DNA of 63,997 bases, filler included, from Catajapyx aquilonaris (lineage: Eukaryota): NCBI GenBank assembly GCA_000934665.2. It is 4 parts of 4 records of this genome, joined end to end, with 100 filler letters (N's around TTAATTAATTAA, not from the genome) between each part and the next. Parts side by side here need not be neighbours in the genome. Positions count along the whole stretch, not along the records: positions 1 to 15,986 come from JYFJ02007331.1; positions 16,087 to 32,056 come from JYFJ02007332.1; 2 more parts are not named here. One strand, 5' to 3'. Shown here one piece after another: positions 13,543 to 26,240 of this stretch. The notes beneath the pieces were generated by a model that saw only the letters and a list, made by a program, of their open reading frames with translations, had not been told where the DNA came from and ran no database searches. Position 1 is the stretch's first letter, and each line of letters begins with the position of its first letter. Both the position numbers and the translations under genes were made by a program.

Positions 13543-14114
13543 TTGTATCAGTGATTGTGTACCCTATCATAGGGGAAGGGGTCCATATTTCAACCATGCG
13601 AAAACTTTTCATTTTTCCTACAATTTTGTTTAAAAAAATTTGCGGGACCTAGTAGGTAAATGTTCAATGTATTAACATTCATTTTTCTTGCATTGCTGGG
13701 TTCAGCCATTTTCTAACAAGAAGAAAATAACGCAAGGGTGTCGAAATTTGGTCCCCTTTACCCTACTGGTCAATGATAAATCTTATCAATCAAATGTCAA
13801 CAACGGTTGGCTCCCAGAGAAGAGTGGGGCAGTTTGCATCCTGCTTCAAGGATTACATTGTTCTCCAGATATAGTATCTGAAATTTCCATGGGAGATTTT
13901 TGCATTTGTAAGGAATTATTCCATATACATGCATTGAGAAAATCTTCAAAATCTTGAAATGGGCAACAGTTTTCCATTTGTGAAGCTCAGGTTACTTGAG
14001 TCCTCAGTTTAAAGGAATATAAGTTATTAGCTTTGGAACCAGAATGAGACCCATTGGAATGAGCATAGAGAGTTGATGACCTTGTCAGTCACTCATGTGT
14101 TTGTTACATAATTA

Positions 14115-14369
14115 TTAGGCAAATGTCTATAGTGGAGATTTTTTACAACAAAACAACGAGGAACATTGTACCATACGACCATACGATCGTAAGTGTGATA
14201 GTGACAGTTATTGTTAAGTTTTGAACACGTTTCGTTTCTGGATATAAAGGTAGGCTTGATTATAGAGTTCTGTTCTTTAAAAAATCCAAACTTCTCTAAC
14301 TCGAATCTTCTAAACTCGAAGTTTTTTTCCGGTCCCATGCTGGAGATTCGACTTATAGAAGTTTTACTG
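14115..14369 (-). mobile_element. Partial pogo/Tigger-like MITE (full copy 58917-59461)
   Basis: Reverse-complement match to about 58917-59125; ends in TIR CGACTTATAGAAGTTTTACTG-TA. Confidence 0.7.
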
Positions 14370-15170
14370 TATTGAGCATAATGCATAATACCCGTGGAAG
14401 CTTTCCACATATTGCACCATTCAATGCATTCATTATAGGCGACTGGCAACTATTACATTCGCACTGCTCGAAAAGCGGCTTACAATGCACCTCAGACGTT
14501 CGCAAGGAAGCCTGACAAATACGATGAAATAGTTCAGTGCGGTTCAGTGCATTGACGCCTGATATTGCGGTCGTCATATTGGAACTCCTACGTCACGTGA
14601 CACTAATACTGGCCTCTGATTGACTAATCGGGGACTACGAGCTCAAAGATTGCCGAAATTTGAAAATTTAATGCTCGTTTACTTTCCGTGTATGTTACTT
14701 TGGCCGTTACTTTCCATGAAGCTCCCCAATCTTCGCACTGTATTTAATTGCACTAACCCATATTTCAGGGAATAAAAATGGGTGTGACAGCATGTGGTGT
14801 CATGTCTTCTCCCACGCAGATGAAGACCAGTCTGGAAAAGGCGAGGAGGAAATAAAGTGAGAGAGATCATGGGCAGGAGTGGTCTGCCGAGTGGTCCCTA
14901 GAAATAATTCTGGATGAAAATCTTCCAGAAGACAATGGACACTGCACAGTAATTAGCGCAATTATGGCGACAATTAACTGACAACTAACTCTGTACTCTT
15001 TATCAAGCAGTCACATTTAAAAGCCCATCAGGTTAATCTGGATGGTAAGCTAACGAAAGGAATTATTGTTTGTGTGGCTTTCGGTGATTGCTGTGTAAAA
15101 ACGCCGATTTTGGCCCTCCGAGCTAATTAATGGACCACAGGAACACACACACACACACATATTATAATGT

Positions 15171-15407
15171 GCTATCCTTGTGAGGGTCTGGCAAAAATAA
15201 AAATTTAAAACTAACCTAACCTAACCTACAAAAAACACACGATATTTTGGTGACCTATTTTTTCACAGTAAAAAGGAGGTCTTGGTTTGATTTTCCGCCA
15301 TCCCTGTGAGGACTGTGTACCTTATGAGGGCCTGAAAAAAGTCCTCGTAAGGTTTTCGGTCCTCACAAGGATAGGAAACAAGCGAAAAAAATCCTCACAA
15401 GGATAGC
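15171..15407. mobile_element. MITE with TIR GCTATCCTTGTGAGG and an internal TAACC tract
   Basis: 15-bp perfect TIRs at 15171-15185 and 15393-15407; internal reiterations of the TIR motif. Confidence 0.65.
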
Positions 15408-15591
15408 AATGTCTGATCACTGTGGCAGTGCAGTTACAGTGTACAGACGTACAGACGGTACAGTCGTAATCAAGTTTTCGTTTCATTATCATCGAATGCA
15501 TATTGGGAATATCCTTGACCCATACTGTGTTGTATTTCTGCTTCACATGCGTATTTCCATCCTGCAGGTTATTTCCCTATCCCCATATATA

Positions 15592-15986
15592 CAGGGTGTT
15601 TATTGTAACTCTGCAAAGACTTTCAGGGGTAATAGAGGGGACCAAGACAAGTATTTTTGACATAGGAACCCGTGTCCGGAAACGCCATCTAGAGGGGGTT
15701 CATAGACAAGGAACGGGTGCGCTCAGACGCGTCACGCGGGAGGCGCTAGTCGAGCTGACTGTTTTGTTGATAGATGGCGCGCAGTTGTTGCCAGGTTATG
15801 GCGTATCGCGTTGTTGTTTACTTACAACAACGCGATACGCCATAACCTGGCAACAACAAATCCGCTGTTGACTATCCGCGCATCTCCGACTCCGAGGAGG
15901 CGTACTTTAGTTGCTAGATGGCTCTGCTGTTGCCAGGTTATAGCACATCGCATCGGTGTTTACTATCCGAGCGCCATCTGTCAACA
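15592..15986. mobile_element. Left part of a Tc1/mariner-type (TA-CAGGGTG) element, truncated by the gap
   Basis: TA|CAGGGTG terminus; internal perfect 34-bp inverted repeat at 15784-15857. Confidence 0.5.
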
Positions 15987-16086
15987 NNNNNNNNNNNNNN
16001 NNNNNNNNNNNNNNNNNNNNNNNNNNNNNNTTAATTAATTAANNNNNNNNNNNNNNNNNNNNNNNNNNNNNNNNNNNNNNNNNNNN
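15987..16086. other. Assembly gap with TTAATTAATTAA linker
   Basis: 44 N + TTAATTAATTAA + 44 N. Confidence 0.99.
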
Positions 16087-16181
16087 CCTCCTAGCGGAGG
16101 TCTGTGTAAAGAGAGCAGATTAAAGCGAGTGTCAGCTCAGAGCAGACGTGTTATTATTGTGTTAGCCCAATACACAACACA

Positions 16182-16440
16182 ATCAATGCCTGAAAGCAGG
16201 TACGCACTGATAAAATAATGTCCTTGGTATGAACCACCTATTGCTTATAATTGTTGCAGAGAAAAAATTCAACATGAATGACAAGAGCTGCATCGACTTT
16301 GTCAGACTGGGCCAATGCTTCATGACTAAAATTAAGGGGGTAGGTCATTTTTATTCCCTATATTGTGTAGTAATATTTCGGTTTATGTTCCACAGACATG
16401 CCCCAACATTTATGAAGCAATCTCAAAGGCATTTGTGTAA
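16182..16440 (+). pseudogene. Orphan 3' exons of OBP-like paralog type B (copy 1)
   Basis: End of an exon-4 homolog (NQCLKA|gt), exon 16260-16339 (KKFNMNDKSCIDFVRLGQCFMTKIKG) and exon 16396-16440 (TCPNIYEAISKAFV*). Same phases and the same 80-nt exon-5 length as the type-A genes. Confidence 0.65.
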
Positions 16441-16646
16441 CAAAATCCAACAATAAGAAATCTTTTATGTAATAAAATCTGCTCCAAGGTGTCCTCAAAA
16501 CGGGTTTAGCCCCTGTAAAAAAAAAATCTTATTTGTGACTTACCCATGTCAACGCCTCAATTATTAGCATTACCTCTTTGTTTGTAAAGAGTTACATATA
16601 GCTTTTTCTCACATGTCTAGGAGGATCTCCAGAAATATTTATTTTA

Positions 16647-19346
16647 TAGTCCGGGGGTTAAGGGTCCGAACTATTCATTTTGTGAATAAAAGGTGCCGCT
16701 TTGCACATAAACTAATTCGACACTTCCGAACATTTCTGGAAGGGGCGCCAATCGAATGTCGGATGCGGACGGCCGCCATCTTGAAAAATGGCTGCGAAAA
16801 TAGGTTTTCCTGATTTATCTCGTTGAATGGCTTAATGAATGTGGATTTATGATCAGGACATATTGAAAGAATATACGATTTTACATATATTCGATCCCTA
16901 TCATTTCTTTGTAGAGCGAACCGCCGATTATAATGACCCCTCATATCCACTAGAGGAGTTTTTTTTTAAGAAGATGCGAACTATGTTGCACATAGACTAA
17001 TTCGACCCTCATGAACATTTCTGGAAGGGGCGCCAATCGAAATTTGAATGCGGAGGGGGGTAGGGGATGCACGCGTGCCCCCTCCCCCCCCCCCCCGCGC
17101 TTAAAATTTTGAATTATTTCACGTATGAGACCTTTTGAAAGGGAGTTTGCGTTCTTCGTGTGCGTGGTCAGATGGGTCATGTTAGAGGTGAGAAGCACGT
17201 ACTTACTCTATCAATCAATTTCTCGGATTTCCTATACCCCCCACCCTCCCCCGGATCCGATGCAGTTTCCAGGCCTTTGGACGAATCTTGGGACTCCGGA
17301 GCTGCACGAACACATTCCTGGAATATAGAGACCTTCAGTTCTCCCAGTATATCAAAGATCAAGCCGCATCGGTGAAGCGCCTATAGACGTTGTGTGGGAT
17401 AAATACCTTCCAGGAAGCCTTAAAAAACAAGCTATAGGGAAGAGCGTGGTTCAGGCATCAGAATCCACGTCACTGGTGGAGCACCTTTGCCGAAGAATTG
17501 GGAGAGTTTCCTGAAGTGTGACGAGAACAAGATAGGACTCTTCGCTTACATGTCGGACGCCGTTATAAACATTCAGGAGTATCAGGACACCGTTGTGGGC
17601 ACAGAGTTGTACAGCACCCGAGGCACCTCTGTGATTGCACCCCCAGAACGAACAGACTTGTCCACGCTCAGCCCGTGTAATCATGAGGATTGAGGAGGTC
17701 GACACGAGGGTGCTTCCACATGCCAAGGATGCTTCTACTTGTGGGCACCGGCGCATTTTGATCCGAACCGTAGACACGGACGTCGTAGTTTTGTGTGTGG
17801 GTTTTTTTTGAAGAACTTGGAATAGAAGAACTGTGGGTGCCGGGTGGCATTCGGAACAGGAAAAACTTTTCGTTACATTCCAGCTCACGACATAGGGAGA
17901 TCTCTTTGAAACCCGATGTCCAAAGCCCTGCCATGTTTACACGCCTTCACCGGGTGACCGGGTGTGATGTCGTATCTCAGTTCAACGGCAGAGAGAAAAC
18001 CTCGGCATGGAAAGCATGGAAAGCGTGGCCTGAAGCAACTCAGATGTTTTTGTCGCTGGCCCAATGATCTGTGGAGGAAGCTTTTGCCGGAATACAACGG
18101 TACGTTGTTATTCTCTATGACAAAACCGGCAATGTTGACAGCGTCGATGAAGAGAGGAGGATGCTGCTGAAGAGCAAGGGACCGCGACTCTTGGAACACA
18201 TGCCACCAACATCTGATGCCCTAAAATTGAACGCTATGAGGGCTGCTTACCAGGGAGGCGTGATATGGGGCAATTCACTTCATCCGATAATGGACAACCT
18301 AAATCCATCGAGCTGGGGGTGGAAGATGATGGGCCTTGGAAACTGGGAGCCGGTGTGGATGACTCTGCCGATTATGTCCGAAGCAGGGCAAGAACTCGTC
18401 CGATGTGGTTGCCAGGAGTGCACAAACCGCTGCAAGTGTACGCAGATCTTGCGCCTGTGACGGGCTCTGCTCACAGGAAAGTTATTAGGGAGGTAAGGGT
18501 GATCAATTCTGAAATCAAAATATTTTTCGGCGTTTTTTTATATATTAGTCTATATGTTTGGTAAGGCAATAGTAAAAATATCGCCTTCATCACAGGTGTC
18601 ACCAGAGCCCTCCTGACTCACGAATGAACCAAATAAGAGTTCGAGTCTACATTCCATCGGAGCCTGATATATATATTTTTTGAAACAGTATAAGCACGAC
18701 TATTTTTGAGTGTGAAATAAGTTAATATAAAAAGGCACGTATTCTTGTCCAACACCAACATGACCCTATCCCTATGTCGTTCATGAATTGTTAGAAATGA
18801 GTTCTGTAATTCCATGAGTAGATTTTCACACTTACCTCTTTCGCGCGGGGGGGGGGGGGGGGNGGCACGCGTGCACCCCCTACCCCCCTCCGCATTCAAA
18901 TTTCGCTTGGCGCCCCTTCCAGAAATGTTCAGGAGGGTCGAATTAGTATATGTGCAAAGCGGCACCTTTATGTCACAAAATGGATATATAGTTCATCTCG
19001 GTTCATCTCCTTAAAAAAACTCCTTGAGTGCTGGATATGAGGGGTCATTATAATCGGCGATATATTTGTAGCGGTTCGCTCTACAAAGAAATGATAGGGA
19101 TTGAATATATGTAGAATCGTACATTCTTTCAATGTGTCCTGATCATAAATCCACATTCATTAAGCCATTCAACGAGATAAATCAAGTAAACCTATTTTCG
19201 CCGCCATTTTTTCAAGATGGCGGCCGTCCGCATCCGACATTCGATTGGCGCCCCTTCTAGAAATGTTCGGAAGTGTCGAATTAGTTTATGTGCAAAGCGG
19301 CACCTTTTATTCACTAAATGCAGAGTTCAGCTCATTTCTCGGACTA
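16647..19346 (+). mobile_element. Academ-type (AcademX-like) DNA transposon, internally deleted, with degenerate XPG/FEN1-like nuclease and Cys-cluster ORF
   Basis: TIRs of about 450-500 bp (16647-17100 / 18843-19346), TAG...CTA termini, 3-bp TTA TSD. The frameshifted ORF at about 17340-18460 has motifs DVVWDKY, CNHED..EEVDTR, IRTVDTDVVV, TGCDVVSQFNG, PPTSDAL..RAAYQ..IWG, CGCQECTNRCKC. An empty site is seen in paralogous units near 22915 and 27370. Confidence 0.75.
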
Positions 19347-19634
19347 TTAGCAACTGTCACGTCCATTGCAACCGAATTTGCGTGCTGGACATTCACACAA
19401 TAATTATTTTCTCCAGCCCAACATTCATATCTTCGTCCGTGACAATTTCGTATTCAGGAAGTCGGAATAAAAGGTGTCATAAAGTAAGGCTGGCTTGTCG
19501 CATGGCCTTTTTTTGAATATATAATATAAAATATATTTGAAATGTGAGCATGCGATGTATTCAACACCCTTCATTTTTTGTATTTATTGGATCTTGAACA
19601 TCCTGCGTTACATTCACTTCGGGACAACTTCTTC

Positions 19635-20847
19635 ATGGCTTCAGCAGCAGGGATGTTTAGCTTATTAGCCATCAAGGGTTCTATCCTGCTTCTAGCGGTG
19701 AGATAATTTTTTGACTCATAACCTAGTAAAAAGAATTTTACAGTACAACTTTTATCATTACTTAATTATTTTGATATGTTTCCGAAGGTATGCGCTTTGG
19801 GCCAAGACTGTGAGCTGCCTCCAAAGGATAACATCGTGATCAGCACTGTAATAGAATGCATGAAAACCAACTCTAAACTTGTGAGTAGAGTTTAAGCCTA
19901 AAATATTGCTTCACAGTTTTTATTATTATCATCGTCAAATGTGTCAGCAGTGGCTTTGGAATGTGCCCAACGTTGTACCATACTTATTAATTTTGCGATT
20001 TTAATAAATGAACGCAATCTACTATCCGAATAATACGGTATTGTAAATGTGTATACAGTACACTAACATAAAGAAATGTATATTTTAGATATGATTTCAG
20101 ATGACAATCATCTCTCAGGTCCAATAGTTAAATCGCAAAGAAAATTGATTGGCTTAATAATACTATGTATTAAAATTACTCCTTACATTATACTCTTGCT
20201 TCGTCTTCTAGTGCATCATGAAGTGTGTGACAGTAAGAACAGACGTAGTAAGTGTTCTATTTGACGTTATCTAATTTTGTGACTGAAGCAGCTGATCATA
20301 CTTCAAAATGTCCGATTTATTCACGCAGATCTCTCCTGAAGGCAAAGTGAACAAAGCAATATTGAGTGAATTAATTGGGGATTTGCCAGAAGGGAGATTT
20401 AAGGATGCTTTCATGGAGATTGACAGGAAATGCTTCAAAGAAAGTAAGTGACAGCAACTAATATGCAGTGTGTATCCTTATTAATGTACAACGCATTTAT
20501 TACGTACCCTACTTTATTAATAATAAATAATAACATATTTCCTTAAAGGCAAACGCTACGACATGAAGGACAAGGATTGCATCGGATTTGCTCAAACTGG
20601 GATGTGCTTTGTGAAAGTTGCGCAAAAGGTATATATGTTTCGACAGCATTTCAGTTTGTGTTACGTCTTTACCGTAACCATTTTCTTGCGGGTTAAACTT
20701 CCATCACTAAATGTTATTTTCCTGTTACATATACGGTATGTCTGATTTTATTGCATTTTTTAAAGAAACTGGGCAATCTATAATCGTATACTCTCTTTTG
20801 AACAGAGGTGCCCCAACATAGCAGAACTCATGAAGAAAAATGTATAG
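19635..20847 (+). CDS. Secreted 8-Cys odorant-binding-protein-like (Plus-C-like) protein, copy A1, 142 aa
   Basis: Exons 19635-19697, 19788-19880, 20212-20247, 20329-20443, 20549-20628, 20806-20847, all GT-AG and in frame: MASAAGMFSLLAIKGSILLLAVCALGQDCELPPKDNIVISTVIECMKTNSKLCIMKCVTVRTDVISPEGKVNKAILSELIGDLPEGRFKDAFMEIDRKCFKESKRYDMKDKDCIGFAQTGMCFVKVAQKRCPNIAELMKKNV*. Confidence 0.8.
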
Positions 20848-21131
20848 TGGAAGTTGCAGCCATATAAGAGAATAGTGGGTGTGCCAATTTCCCCATAACT
20901 GTATGATTTTGTAGTAATTATGTAGTTATAATGTGATTTATATCCCACAGACATGCATATTCCGCAGTTTCAAATGCACGAGAGATGTTCTGATTCCGTC
21001 ACAAGGTTACTGGGAAAAAATAAACATGTTGAGTATACATTGTACTGAGGCAAAATAAAATGTTTGTAATATTCCGAAATAAAGTAGGGATTTGCAAGTA
21101 TTCTCTGTTTTCCACAAAATATATATCCTGA

Positions 21132-21345
21132 CTGGAAAAAAATTCGTTCCGCTCGTTTTTTCTAGGCCTGCGGCTGTTATGTCGCGTGAAACCATAACGT
21201 ATGGGAAACAAACCTCCCCATTGTTATGCAATAACCACAGTCGCTTTGGCTGTGCTACCTTATCACTCAAACAATTTGCAGATTATACTATTTTATAAAA
21301 CTTCTTTGAAAGTGATGTCGTCAGTCACTACTTCGTCGCCATTAT
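21132..21345 (-). mobile_element. Helitron 3' end and helicase C-terminal remnant
   Basis: Minus strand ends GCCGCAGGCC..CGAGCGGAACGAATTTTTTTCCAG|T. 21295-21343 matches 25998-26046 (NGDEVVTD[D/N]ITFKEVL). Confidence 0.6.
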
Positions 21346-21844
21346 TACTATTTCGCTATTTGAACTTTGACCCCTTAAAAAGTGGTAAAGGGGTCATGGG
21401 ACCGAGGTCATTTCGGGTCAGTTCTTCGCACATTTGGGTGGCCCAACTTTCCAACAAATTTGAACCAGATCGGATGGAAACTACGTTTGTACTTAGCTAA
21501 TTGACCTTTGACTCCTTGTGCTGAAGGCGCCAAATTGGAATAATGTTTATGTAGGGGTACCAATGCGAAGATTGCAAAATGCCTGCGGATGATGACCTCA
21601 TGATTACGAGATTGAGATAGTGCGCAGCCGAAGCAGGGACGAATAAACTGGTAATAAGCTGAATAATATATTGATTTTGAAGCTGTTAAACATAATTATT
21701 AAAACGGATTAGTCGAACGTGCTAATGACGTCGTTTCTTTCAGTGTGCTTTGAAGTGTTTTTGCCTCAAATCCGAAATCGTAAGTGTAACATTCGAATTA
21801 ATTTTAATTAACACTGACAAAAGATTTGACAAAAGTTAACAAAA

Positions 21845-22120
21845 CAATAAATGCCTGAAAACAGGTACGACTGATAAAATCTTGGTATGAACCACCTATT
21901 TGCTTAATAATAATATAATTGCTGCAGAGAAAAATTTCAACATGAATGACAAGAGCTGCATCGACTTTGTCAGACTGGGCCAATGCTTCATGACTAAAAT
22001 TAAGGGGGTATAGGTAATTTTAATTCCCTATATATCTTTGTGATATTGTGCTGTAGTATTAATCCGGTTTATGTTCCACAGACATGCCCCAACATTTATG
22101 AAGCAATCTCAAAGTCATAA
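21845..22120 (+). pseudogene. Orphan 3' exons of OBP-like paralog type B (copy 2)
   Basis: NKCLKT|gt remnant, exon 21928-22007 and exon 22082-22120 (TCPNIYEAISKS*); splice sites intact. Confidence 0.65.
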
Positions 22121-23323
22121 GAGAATTATTCAGGCCACAAAAGTTGCCGTGGAAAAGGAACACGTTGGAAACCTCCTTCGTCATATTTCGTCATATTTGT
22201 AGTTTTCCGAAATAAAGTAGTGATTTGCAAGAGTATCATTTCTTCTTTTTAAATTTTCATCTTGTTCTTGAATTTCAGCACATAGACATGCAAATTTTCT
22301 CGAATTGGACACCTTCGACACCTGTTCATGCAGACAAATACAAGCTCAATATGCTCAAACCATGTGTTCAATTCATAATAAAATAAGATCGAAAATATTT
22401 ATGATACAACAACTTTTTATATGGCTGTATTATGGATGGCTGGAAAAATAAAGAGAAATAAAAAAAATCGACGTATAAAGCATAAGCAGTGTGTATACTA
22501 CAGTAGGTTATGTTGTATCTTTCTTATTGTACGTACAGTACATGTGCAGAGTGTTCCTACTTAGATAGCTGTTAACAAATCATATTGAGGGGTTGACATA
22601 AATGACATGGAAAAAGGGCGTAAGTCACAATGAGAAATGTGCCCACAAAAAGTAGACTACATTTAAATGTTAAACTCATAAACTGCTTCTACTTTTACTT
22701 TTCACGACTTTGTGTAACAAAACCCAACAATAAGAAATCTTTAGATGTTACAAAATCTGCTCCAATGTGTCCTCAACACGGGTTTTAGCTGCTGTAAAAA
22801 AAAACCTTAATTGTGACTTACCCAAGTCAACGCCTCAATTATTAACGTTACCTGTTTGTTTGTAAAGAGTTACACAGAGATTTTTTCTCACATGTCCAGG
22901 ATGATCCTGCAATATTTAGAAACGATGACGTCTATTGCAACCCAACATTCATAACTTCATTCGTGACCATTTCGCATTCAGGAATTCGGAAAAAGGTGTG
23001 ATAAAGTAAGGCTGGCTTGTCGCATGGCCTTCATTGAATTCTTTAGAAACTATTGCGTCTATATAGTTTCAAACTACTTTGCGTGCTGGACATTCACACA
23101 ATATTTTCTCCAGCCCAACATTCACATCTTTATTCGTGACCATTTCGTATATTCAGGAAGTCGTAAAAAGGCGTGAAGGCTATCAATGTCGCATGTCCTT
23201 CTTTGAATAATATAAATTTTATTTGAAATGTGAACATGCCATTCAACTGCATTCAACATCCTTTTTAGTATTTATTGGCGCTTGAAACGTCTTGCGTTAC
23301 ATTCACTTCGGGACAACTTCTTC

Positions 23324-24543
23324 ATGGCTTCAGCAGCTGGGATGTTTAGCTTATTAGCCATCAAGGGTTTTATCCTGCTTCTAGCGGTGAGATAATTTTT
23401 TGACTCATAACCTATAGTTAAAATCGATTTACAGTGCAATTATCATTACTTAATTTGATATGTTTACGAAGGTATGCGCTTTGGGTCAAGACTGTGAGCT
23501 GCCTCCAAAGGATAACATCGTGGTGAGCACTGTAATGGAATGCGTGAAAACCGAAGCTAAACTTGTGAGTATAGGCTAAGTCTAAAATATTGCTACACAG
23601 TTTTCACTATTATCATCATCAAATGTGTCAGCAGTGGCTTTAGAATGTGCCCAACGTTGTACTTATTAATTCGTCAATAACGAATGCAGTCCAAAAATTA
23701 AAAATTGGGTCATCCTAAATTTTGCGACTATAAAAAATTACCACAATACACGATCCAAATAATATTCTAAGAGTGTAGACAGTACAGTAACATAAAGAAT
23801 TGTAATACTTGAGATATGATTTCAGATAATATTATGATAATCATCTCTCAGGTCCAATATTTAAATCACAAAGAAAATTGAATGGCTTAATAATACGTAT
23901 TATTGCTATAAATTAAAATAAACGCCTTACATACACTCCTTGTCTTCTATAGTGCATCCTGAAGTGTGTGGGAGAAAGAACAGGCATAGTAAGTGTTTTA
24001 TTTGACGAGATCTAATATTGTGACTGAGGCAGCTGTTACTTCAATGTGTCCGATTGCTTCACGCAGATTCTTCCTGAAGGCAAAGTGGACAAAGCAAAAA
24101 CGAAGGAAATATTTGGGGACTGTCCAGAAGGGGGATTTAAGGATGCTTTGATGGAGATTGACAAGAAATGCTTCAAAGAAAGTGAGTGAATAGCAACTAT
24201 AATACACACTGTGTATCTTTATTAATGTAGCCTACAACACATTTATTAATAACATATTTCCTTAAAGGCAAACGCTACGACATGAAGGACAATGATTGCA
24301 TCGGATTTGCTCAAACTGGGATGTGCTTTGTGAAAGTTGCGCAAAAGGTATGGTTCGACAGGATTTTTCTTTGTCATAACTTTATCGTAACCATTTTCTT
24401 GCGAGACTTCCTACACAAAATATTTTCTGTTTTTATGTCTGATTTTATTGCATCATTTTTTTGAAACTAGGCAATCGATAATCGTACTCTCTTTTGAACA
24501 GAGGTGCCCCAACGTGGCAGAAATCCTGAAGACAAATGTCTAA
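23324..24543 (+). CDS. OBP-like secreted protein, copy A2, 142 aa
   Basis: Exons 23324-23386, 23472-23564, 23953-23988, 24067-24181, 24268-24347, 24502-24543; open frame with conserved Cys and stop position (RCPNVAEILKTNV*). Confidence 0.8.
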
Positions 24544-24823
24544 TGGAAGTTGCAGCCATATAAGAGAATAGTAGGTATGCCAATTTCCCCATAAGTGTAG
24601 GATTTTGTAGTAATTATGTAGTTATAATGTGATTTATATCCCACAGACATGCATATTCCGCAGTTTCAAATGCACGAGATATTCTCTGATTCCGTCCACA
24701 AGGTTATTGGGAAAAAATAAGCATGTTGGGTATACATTGCAGGTAAAATAAAATATTTGTAATCTTCCGAAATAAAGTAGGGATTTGCAAGTATTCACTG
24801 TTTTCTTCAAAAATATATCCTGA

Positions 24824-24981
24824 CTAGAAAAAAACTCGCCCCCTCTCGATTTTTCTAGGCCTGCGGCTGTTATGTCACGTGAAACCATAACATATGGGAA
24901 ACAAACCTCCCCCATTGTTACGTAATAACCACAGTTGCTTTGGCTGTGCTACATTATCACTCAAACAATTTGCAGATTATA
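24824..24981 (-). mobile_element. Helitron 3' end
   Basis: Minus strand ends ...GGCGAGTTTTTTTCTAG|T (CTAG terminus followed by T); homologous to 21132-21286. Confidence 0.6.
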
Positions 24982-25000
24982 TTTATCCCACCTTTCTGTA

Positions 25001-25335
25001 CGGCCAAGTTCAACGTCGTAGTCAATTACTGGCATTCTCAACTTCTTCAACCTAAACCACTAACTTTGTTTTTCCAGGTCGACCTTAAGTTTAATCATCA
25101 AAAAATTTTAGTGTAATTTCTCTTGATGTAACTTGGCCATTGCTCATGTCCGAGGTATTGTAGAATTCTACAACTGTTTCAATGTTTTAAGAGCGATGGC
25201 CAAGTTACAGCAAGAGAAATTCCATTAAAATTTTTTGATGATTAAACTTAAGGTCGACCTGGAAAAACAAAGTTAGTGGTTTAGGTTGAAGAAGTTGAGA
25301 ATGCCAGTAATTGACTACGACGTTGAACTTGGCCG
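25001..25335. mobile_element. Foldback MITE with about 145-bp arms
   Basis: 25001-25145 is a near-perfect reverse complement of 25191-25335; TA flanks. Confidence 0.85.
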
Positions 25336-25575
25336 TATTTTAGATCTCACCACTTTTGACGGCCAAGCAGTCAGGAGAACTTGGCCTTTTTTTACAGAAA
25401 TGTTTTTGGTGGGATCTCACCTTTTTTTGTAGGCAGGAGTGTAGGATAATTATAAGAAAGCTCGGGGAGCCCCCTACGGTTGGGCGTGGAAGCAATGGTC
25501 CGTTAAATATTCCAAATAAGGTAATGAATAACTTAGAGCAAAATGTGTAGGTTATATACGAAAGTATGTAAAACT

Positions 25576-26240
25576 CTATCTTTTCCTATGAATAGGTGTG
25601 ATTTTCTTCTGCTTTCTCATAGTATGCTTCCTTTTTTTCTGTTCTGGTTGTGCGAATTGGACATCTGCTACACCTGATCGCATAGCCCATTCGCGATCCT
25701 CAACCACTTCTGTCGATGCCTTATTAGCCCTTTTGAGTATGGATAAGTCTGGTCGGTAAATAGATCTCAATCTATCGTACTCCAGCATAGCTGACTCTTG
25801 AGCCTTGATGTTAATAAAGGAGGCATTGATGAGATGCACTCCATTGATACTTTTAACTCTGGAAAGAGCCACGTAGGCTTGTCCGCACGTGCACCAGTGC
25901 GAAGATTCGAGGGGGTCAAAATGACGTGAGTTGTGTCGGGTAAAGGTGGTCCCGCAGTGCGGCGAAAACTTGGCGGGGGCACTGCCGTGCCCCCCTAATA
26001 AAACTTCTTTGAAAGTGATGTTGTCAGTCACTACCTCGTCGCCATTTACTTTGCCTTGGAGATCGCTTTCAAGGACTTGTATTCTCAGTGAATCCATGGA
26101 CCAAACCCGAGAACAGGCGACATATAGGCCTACAACTGTCCGTGCGTAAAAACTGGGGTTCTGAGGAACACTCCTACTCTGTCCAGAGAGTGGCAGAGTT
26201 TGTCCCCGTGCCTTGTTGATGGTCATCGCATATAGGCCAG
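25576..26240 (-). pseudogene. Helitron/Helentron PIF1-like helicase C-terminal fragments
   Basis: Motifs YAMTINKARGQTL, LYVACSRV, TDNITFKEVL, then a second GQAYVALSRVKSINGVHLIN...EYDRLR. Confidence 0.8.

Noticed and set aside
15211..15227. (TAACC)3 arthropod telomere motif
   Set aside because: Only three units, inside a MITE; not an interstitial telomere.
16031..16042. TTAATTAATTAA palindrome (also 32101, 48416)
   Set aside because: Six-frame-stop scaffolding linker centred in N runs; artificial.
20101..20156. Conserved block in OBP-like intron 2 as an extra exon (DNHLSGPI..KSQRKL)
   Set aside because: Phase-incompatible with the flanking exons, no GT donor, a stop in phase 0 in A1 and indels in A2/A3.
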